Of a stretch of DNA of 64,000 nt, positions 58,370 through 64,000 are shown piece by piece. The stretch covers positions 5,590,352 to 5,654,351 of the forward strand of contig OZ242029.1 of the NCBI GenBank assembly GCA_965205015.1. Reading direction: 5' to 3'. Both the position numbers and the translations under genes were made by a program. A model generated the notes under the pieces. That model saw only the letters and a program-made list of their open reading frames with translations. It did not search any database and was not told the origin of the DNA. Every line of letters begins with the position of its first letter. The first letter of the stretch is position 1. Source of the DNA: Candidatus Poribacteria bacterium (lineage in GTDB: Bacteria > Poribacteria > WGA-4E > WGA-3G).

Positions 58370-59254
58370 ATGACAGTATTGATAACCGGAGCGAGCGGTA
58401 GACTCGGCGAGTTTGTAATCCGAGAATTGGCGGACCAGCACTCACTCGTCCTCATGTCGCGTAGAACACCGCCTGCGGAATTCTCGCACCTCCCATTTAT
58501 TCAAGGCGATCTGAACAACTTTGAGGACTGCCAACGCGCCGTTGAAGGTGTAGATGCCATTCAACACCTCGGCGCACAACCGGGACCCGTAGACCACCCG
58601 GATTTACGTGCCCGCGCAGCAGAGCAGGGTATTCCTTTTGATGCGACCTTCAAAACGAATATGCTCGGCACATATTACCTCATGCAAGCCGCGATTGAAG
58701 CAGACGTCCACACGGTTGTGATGTCCGGCAGTAATTGCGCATTAGGGCACGGCTTTCGGATCAGCAAAACTCACATTCCAGTAGACTACCTTCCTATAGA
58801 TGAAGAACATCCCTGCCATCCTGAAGATTCGTATAGTTTCTCCAAACGGTGTGGCGAAGACTTGTTGGCAAGTTATACCCGCGCTTATGGTATACGAACC
58901 TACGTTACGCGTCCTGCGGGTATCAGTCCAGAAGAACGGAGAAAGCAGATGGCGGAGAATGCCAAACCGACACCCGCGTGGACCCCGTGGCTCTGGTGTT
59001 GGGTAGGGAGTGAAGATGTCGCCAGTGCACACCGCCTGATTATGGAAAAAGCGGATACGCTACCCCCGCATGACGTCTACTTTTTGAACGCCGATGACAC
59101 CTCAGCCTTGGAACCTTCTCAAGAGTTAGTTGAGCGTTTTAAACCCGAATTTCTTCCAAAGGTGAGAACGCTTGCGGGACACCAATCGTTTATTAATTGC
59201 GATAAACTCAAAAATGCCGTTGGATGGCAACACGAAACGTCGTGGCGACAGTAA
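58370..59254 (+). CDS. NAD-dependent epimerase/dehydratase
   Basis: TGASGRLG, YSFSK (YxxxK). Confidence 0.9.
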   Translation: MTVLITGASGRLGEFVIRELADQHSLVLMSRRTPPAEFSHLPFIQGDLNNFEDCQRAVEGVDAIQHLGAQPGPVDHPDLRARAAEQGIPFDATFKTNMLGTYYLMQAAIEADVHTVVMSGSNCALGHGFRISKTHIPVDYLPIDEEHPCHPEDSYSFSKRCGEDLLASYTRAYGIRTYVTRPAGISPEERRKQMAENAKPTPAWTPWLWCWVGSEDVASAHRLIMEKADTLPPHDVYFLNADDTSALEPSQELVERFKPEFLPKVRTLAGHQSFINCDKLKNAVGWQHETSWRQ

Positions 59255-59282
59255 TCGGTTTTCACCGTTTGGAGGAAATATT

Positions 59283-60365
59283 ATGTCAACCAGTGACAGA
59301 GTACGCATCGGTGTCGTCGGTGTAGGAAGCATCTCCGTGCGCGGCATCTTGCCACACCTCACCCAAGACGATGTCCAAGATAGATTACAGGTAACGGCTG
59401 TCTGTGACCCTGTTCCTGGTAGGGCACAAGCGGCATCTGAAAAATTCGACGTCCCGTACGCGTATGAAACCTATGAGGCACTCTTAACAGACGGACATGT
59501 AGATGCCGTGAGCATCGCCTCGCCTATCGGTTTACATTATGAACAGGGAAAACTCGCCATTGAACACGGGCTCCACGCCCATTTCAACAAAACAATGACA
59601 ACCACCGTTGACGAAGCGGACGATCTCATTGAATCGGCGGCGCGTCAAGGCGTGAAGTTGGTGGCTTCCCCTGGGGAGATGCTCCGTCCGATCCATCAAG
59701 AAATTCGCAGCCTTATTGCTGACGGTGCCATCGGAACATTGACGTGGGCAGCCGCCGGTTCCGCTTTTGGCAGATACCACGAAAACGAATCTGTTAGACA
59801 TGGCAACGATCCCCTCTCCAATATCAATCCAGCATGGTACTTCCGTAAACCGGGGGGTGGACCGCTCTATGATATGACTGTCTACGGCTTGCATACGCTG
59901 ACCGGCATCCTCGGACCCGCGAAACGTGTAACGGCATTCTCCGGTGTTCGCCTCAAGGAACGCGAATTCCGAGGCGAAATGCTTCCGTGCGACATGGACG
60001 ACAACACCTTTATTCTCCTCGACTTCGGCGAGGCATTCTACGGTTTTGTCTACGGTGCAGCCGCAGGCTCTGTCGTCAGAGGCAGGCTGGCAATTCACGG
60101 CACCAGTGGCACCATTGAAGGCAACTTGCTGAATGGTCAGCCCATTGATGCGCCGGACGGGGAACTCCCGCACGTCGTCGGACCCCATCGTAGCATTCAG
60201 GAATCTCACGTCTATGAGGACATTATGCAGTTGGTGGATTGGATTCGCCAGGATATACCAACGATTGTCACAGCGGAACATGCACGGCATGTCATAGAAA
60301 TTTTCGATGCAGGATACCGATCCGCACAGACGGGACAGGCACAAGACTTACGCACCACATTTTGA
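59283..60365 (+). CDS. Gfo/Idh/MocA oxidoreductase
   Basis: IGVVGVGSI, GGGPLYDM; GGAGG RBS. Confidence 0.9.
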   Translation: MSTSDRVRIGVVGVGSISVRGILPHLTQDDVQDRLQVTAVCDPVPGRAQAASEKFDVPYAYETYEALLTDGHVDAVSIASPIGLHYEQGKLAIEHGLHAHFNKTMTTTVDEADDLIESAARQGVKLVASPGEMLRPIHQEIRSLIADGAIGTLTWAAAGSAFGRYHENESVRHGNDPLSNINPAWYFRKPGGGPLYDMTVYGLHTLTGILGPAKRVTAFSGVRLKEREFRGEMLPCDMDDNTFILLDFGEAFYGFVYGAAAGSVVRGRLAIHGTSGTIEGNLLNGQPIDAPDGELPHVVGPHRSIQESHVYEDIMQLVDWIRQDIPTIVTAEHARHVIEIFDAGYRSAQTGQAQDLRTTF

Positions 60366-60367
60366 TT

Positions 60368-60510
60368 CGTTGTCAGTTGCCGGTTATCGGTTACAAGAGG
60401 TTTTGCGAAACGAATACCTCTTAACCAACAACCGAACCGATAATTGATAACGCTTCCGCTGATAACCGCAAGGTTTTTCGTAGAAAAACCGAACCAATAA
60501 CTGATAACCC
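60368..60510. repeat. Heptamer-armed palindromic element with a nested ggtttttc-gta-gaaaaacc hairpin
   Basis: gttgtcagttgccggttatcggtt...aagagg / cctctt...aaccgataa...ctgataacc. Confidence 0.78.
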
Positions 60511-60520
60511 CTAAAAAAAT

Positions 60521-61471
60521 ATGCCAAAAGTTTTATGTATCGGTGAACTCCTTATAGACTTTGTTTCCACAACCCCTGATGTGACGCTCGCAGAAGCCCC
60601 AGGATTTGTCAAAGCCCCAGGCGGTGCCCCTGCTAACGTTGCCGTCGGCTTAGCGAAACTCGGCATGGATGCCGGGTTCATCGGTAAAGTCGGTGCGGAC
60701 GCGTTCGGCGATTTCCTACGCGAAACGCTCCAAGAGAACAGCGTCAATACCGATTACCTCATCGCAGGTGAAGGCTCTCGGACAACTTTAGCCTTCGTTG
60801 CTACCCGATCTGACGGTATGAAGGACATCACCTTCTATCGACACCCGGGTGCCGACATCCAACTCACTCCTGACGAAATCGACACCGACTATCTCGAATC
60901 AGCGGAACTGTTTCATTACGGTTCTGTCAGTCTTAGCCATTCGCCGAGTCGAGAGGCGACACTTCACGCAATCCAGTCTGCAAAAGCGGGAGGTGCTATG
61001 CTCTCTTACGATCCGAATTTACGGTTGATGCTCTGGGATAACGCAAACGATGCCAAGCACTGGATATGGGAGGTGATGCCTTACGCTGATATCGTCAAAA
61101 TTTCGGAAGAGGAGTGGGAGTTTATCACGGACGATGTAGAATTAACAAACGGAGTTGACCGCATTCTTGAGCTCGGTACGAAGCTGCTCGTCGTTACATT
61201 AGGCGAACGCGGATGTTATTACACCAACGGCGCCGCCGAAGGCTACGTTGATGGCTTTGAAGTAGATGTTGTAGATACCCTCGGTGCAGGGGACGCCTTC
61301 GTCGCTGCGATGCTCACCCAACTGATGCAACATGCCGACCTTACATCGCTTGAAAACGGGCATCTTGATGCCATTATGCGATACGCAAATGCCGCAGGAG
61401 CGTTGGCAACCCAGAAAGTCGGCGTAATCCCTGCCTTGCCGACACCCTTCGAGATTGAACGTTTCCTATAA
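60521..61471 (+). CDS. PfkB-family carbohydrate kinase (fructokinase-like)
   Basis: GGAPANVA, SYDPNLR, DTLGAGDAF. Confidence 0.93.
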   Translation: MPKVLCIGELLIDFVSTTPDVTLAEAPGFVKAPGGAPANVAVGLAKLGMDAGFIGKVGADAFGDFLRETLQENSVNTDYLIAGEGSRTTLAFVATRSDGMKDITFYRHPGADIQLTPDEIDTDYLESAELFHYGSVSLSHSPSREATLHAIQSAKAGGAMLSYDPNLRLMLWDNANDAKHWIWEVMPYADIVKISEEEWEFITDDVELTNGVDRILELGTKLLVVTLGERGCYYTNGAAEGYVDGFEVDVVDTLGAGDAFVAAMLTQLMQHADLTSLENGHLDAIMRYANAAGALATQKVGVIPALPTPFEIERFL

Positions 61472-61561
61472 GGGATGCTCCTCCAGAATCATTCGACTTT
61501 TTATATTATGTCTATTGAGAGGGTACCCAACAACATTCCCTAAACAAAGGAATATAGTACA

Positions 61562-64000
61562 ATGGAATTCCTAAATCGGTTTAGTGTTTTATTATCGGCT
61601 TCACTCATTATTTTCACTGTTCCTATCGTAGCAGCACCAGCCGCTACTTTGAACATCACCGTGACAGATGCCCGAACTGACAACAGACTGAACGCCGTCT
61701 CTATTACCGTCACACATGAGGACGGTGCTGTTACGCAAGGTGTTAGTAAGGCAACAGGCATGCTTGAGATTTCGGATTTAGCACCTGGGGTCTATACAAT
61801 TACTGCATCCTCACCCGGTTATACAGATACAGTTATGACAGATGTCGCGCTTGCTAACGACGAAACGAAGTCATTAGAAATTGCCCTCCCTTCCGAAACG
61901 ATCCAACTTGAACAGGTCTCCGTTACGGCGTCTCGCCGTCGGGAAAAGGTGCTCGAAGCCCCTGCGTCGGTTGCCCTCGTTGGAGATTCCGAAATAAAGG
62001 ACCGAGTCGCGCCAAGTGTTACTGAGCATTTAAAATCGGTGCGTGCGGTAGATGTTGTGACTGCTGGATTGGGGACATCGTATGTTGTCGTTCGCGGCTT
62101 TAACAACGTTTTTTCGGGGTCACTTCTATCGCTCGTTGACAATCGTATTGCGAGTGTTCCTTCACTGCGGGTCAATAGTTACAGCTTCATCCCGACTATA
62201 AGCGAAGATATCGAACAGATTGAAGTCGTCTCGGGTCCTGGTGCAGCACTCTACGGTCCAAACAGTGCTAACGGTGTTATGCATATCATCACTCGCTCAC
62301 CATTCACTTCCCAAGGAACAACCGTCAGCATTGGTGGTGGTGAACGGAGTATACTCATGGGCTCTCTTCGACATGCCGGCGTTGTCAATGAGACGCTCGG
62401 CTATAAGTTCTCAGGGAATTATTTCCGTGGAGATGATTGGCAAGAAGGACGCGCAAAAGAAGATATTGAAGGTGAAGGCGGATTGATATTTGATACTTAC
62501 AAAGCCAGTGGCGAATTTCGGGTTGATTATAGCCCAAACAATGACACAACGGCTATTATCGCCAGTGGTTTCACGCAAGCCACCGGCATTGAACTGACAG
62601 GGATCGGTGCAGGCCAAGCCCAAAACTGGACATACGGTTACCTCCAAGGGCGGTTCATTTACAAAGATCTCTTTGCGCAAGCCTTTTGGAATCGGAGTAA
62701 TGCTGGAGATACTTATGTCGTACGGAGCGGTGATCCGACTATTGACAATTCCGACCTATATGTTGGACAGATTCAGTACGGTCATAGTTTTGGCGAGCGG
62801 CAGCGTTTTACTTATGGAATGGATGTGTTGCTGACCCGTCCCGATACGGAAGGGACAATCAATGGCGTCAATGAAGAGGATGACAACATCAACGAGATGG
62901 GTGCGTACTTGCAGTCTGAGACTAAAATCCTTCCGCAGTTAAAGTTCATCGCTGCGGGACGGGTTGATGACCACAACCAGCTCGAAGACCTCGTTCTTTC
63001 ACCGCGTGTTGCCCTTGCCTACCAACCCAACAACGACCATAATTTGAGAGTCACCTATAACCGTGCCTTCAATACCCCGAGAACCTCCGACCTGTTTCTT
63101 GATATTCTATCAGTCAAAGATCCGTTTCGGTTAGGTGCCAACTTTCAACCCGCATTAGGTTTCAGTCCGAATATCGACATACGAGCACAAGGGGTCCGTT
63201 CCGAAACAGGATTCACTTTCAATAGAAGTGTGGACGGTCGTCCGGAATTCCGTTCGCCCTTCTCGCCGTTGGCAAAACTTTCGGCAGAGACATACATCCC
63301 ACTTGACGATCCAGTCTTTACGAACGTCATGTGGAGCGTCGGACGCAGTGCCGTCATGAGCGGCGTGCAGCCGATTTTTGAAGCAGGTCTAACCGCACAA
63401 GGTCTCCCAACCCCCGTTATCGAGGCACTCTCCGATGGGTTTGACACCCTCATTCCGCAGCAGGTCGTTGGTGTAAAGAACGTCTTACGTTCGCTTGATC
63501 CACAGGCAGGTGACTTCGTCGACGTTGAAGACGTGAATGATGTTAACCCGCTTAAACCGACGATTACACAAACTTATGAGGTCGGCTACAAAGGCATCCT
63601 CATGGATAAGTTGGCTTTCTCTGCCGATGTGTATCACTCACGAATTAAGGATTTCGTTGGTCCCTTGGTCGTTGAAACCCCAAATGTATTCTTGGACCCT
63701 ACAACGTTAGGTGCCTCTCTTGGAAAGCAGATCACGGTGGCGTTAGCCGATCCGCAAAACGCGGCACTCCATCAGGCACTGCTTGCGTTTGACGCGCCTG
63801 CTCAAGGTGGGAACGGCAACGGTTCGCCTGTTGATGAGCTGGTAACGTTATTCGTAGCGGGAACCGAAAATAACGGACCTGCTTTCATACCTTTTGGCAC
63901 GGTAACACCCGAACAGGCAGCAGATCCAAACGCAATCATGCTCACTTATCGGAATTATGGGGACATTTCGCTCAACGGGTTAGATTTGAGTTTTACCTAT
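61562..64000 (+). CDS. TonB-dependent receptor with N-terminal carboxypeptidase-regulatory-like domain; runs off the window end and is absent from the ORF track
   Basis: ATG 61562 MEFLNRF... with signal peptide; VSVTASRR, EAPASV, VVRGFN, IEQIEVVSGPGAALYG.N..NGV. Confidence 0.9.
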   Translation, partial: MEFLNRFSVLLSASLIIFTVPIVAAPAATLNITVTDARTDNRLNAVSITVTHEDGAVTQGVSKATGMLEISDLAPGVYTITASSPGYTDTVMTDVALANDETKSLEIALPSETIQLEQVSVTASRRREKVLEAPASVALVGDSEIKDRVAPSVTEHLKSVRAVDVVTAGLGTSYVVVRGFNNVFSGSLLSLVDNRIASVPSLRVNSYSFIPTISEDIEQIEVVSGPGAALYGPNSANGVMHIITRSPFTSQGTTVSIGGGERSILMGSLRHAGVVNETLGYKFSGNYFRGDDWQEGRAKEDIEGEGGLIFDTYKASGEFRVDYSPNNDTTAIIASGFTQATGIELTGIGAGQAQNWTYGYLQGRFIYKDLFAQAFWNRSNAGDTYVVRSGDPTIDNSDLYVGQIQYGHSFGERQRFTYGMDVLLTRPDTEGTINGVNEEDDNINEMGAYLQSETKILPQLKFIAAGRVDDHNQLEDLVLSPRVALAYQPNNDHNLRVTYNRAFNTPRTSDLFLDILSVKDPFRLGANFQPALGFSPNIDIRAQGVRSETGFTFNRSVDGRPEFRSPFSPLAKLSAETYIPLDDPVFTNVMWSVGRSAVMSGVQPIFEAGLTAQGLPTPVIEALSDGFDTLIPQQVVGVKNVLRSLDPQAGDFVDVEDVNDVNPLKPTITQTYEVGYKGILMDKLAFSADVYHSRIKDFVGPLVVETPNVFLDPTTLGASLGKQITVALADPQNAALHQALLAFDAPAQGGNGNGSPVDELVTLFVAGTENNGPAFIPFGTVTPEQAADPNAIMLTYRNYGDISLNGLDLSFTY

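Noticed and set aside
59532-60344. 270-aa antisense ORF, and similar shadow ORFs such as 7947-8624, 22341-22949 and 31480-32133
   Set aside because: They lie wholly opposite well-supported genes and show no motifs or RBS; they are codon-bias shadows.

Overview
64-kb bacterial chromosomal window with about 55 CDSs and no rRNA, tRNA or CRISPR array. The gene repertoire suggests Candidatus Poribacteria or a related sponge-associated lineage; this is an inference from many Gfo/Idh/MocA and PhyH genes, WD40/Kelch/PD40 propellers, and C-terminal 'K..T.WG.(L/I)K' and 'PNPFNPETWIPYQL' tails. Housekeeping content: mmsA, ctpA, gatCA, pcrA and uvrA (flanked by HicAB and Phd/VapC toxin-antitoxin pairs), an ECF sigma/anti-sigma/HtrA cluster, moaA with an extended 11-gene SUF operon, wcaJ, sugar-catabolism enzymes, and a TonB-dependent receptor running off the end. 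Main observations: (1) a selenoprotein split by the ORF caller (GrdB/PrdB-like, TPV-U-PMC, with a SECIS-like hairpin), stand-alone between two oxidoreductase genes; (2) several families of small palindromic (GTAG-REP-like and heptamer-armed) elements, some inserted in frame inside enzymes, three of them in one gene; (3) a variable-length 'CGCAGAAA...ACCCAAGCAAAAAC' module nested inside different REP elements; (4) a ~93-bp MITE in two copies with 5-bp target-site duplications; (5) a shared C-terminal putative sorting motif on three unrelated secreted proteins; (6) a tandem active/degenerate nucleotidyltransferase, an HtrA lacking its catalytic His, and a 49-aa internally deleted paralog. All calls are from reading the sequence by eye; no database searches were run.
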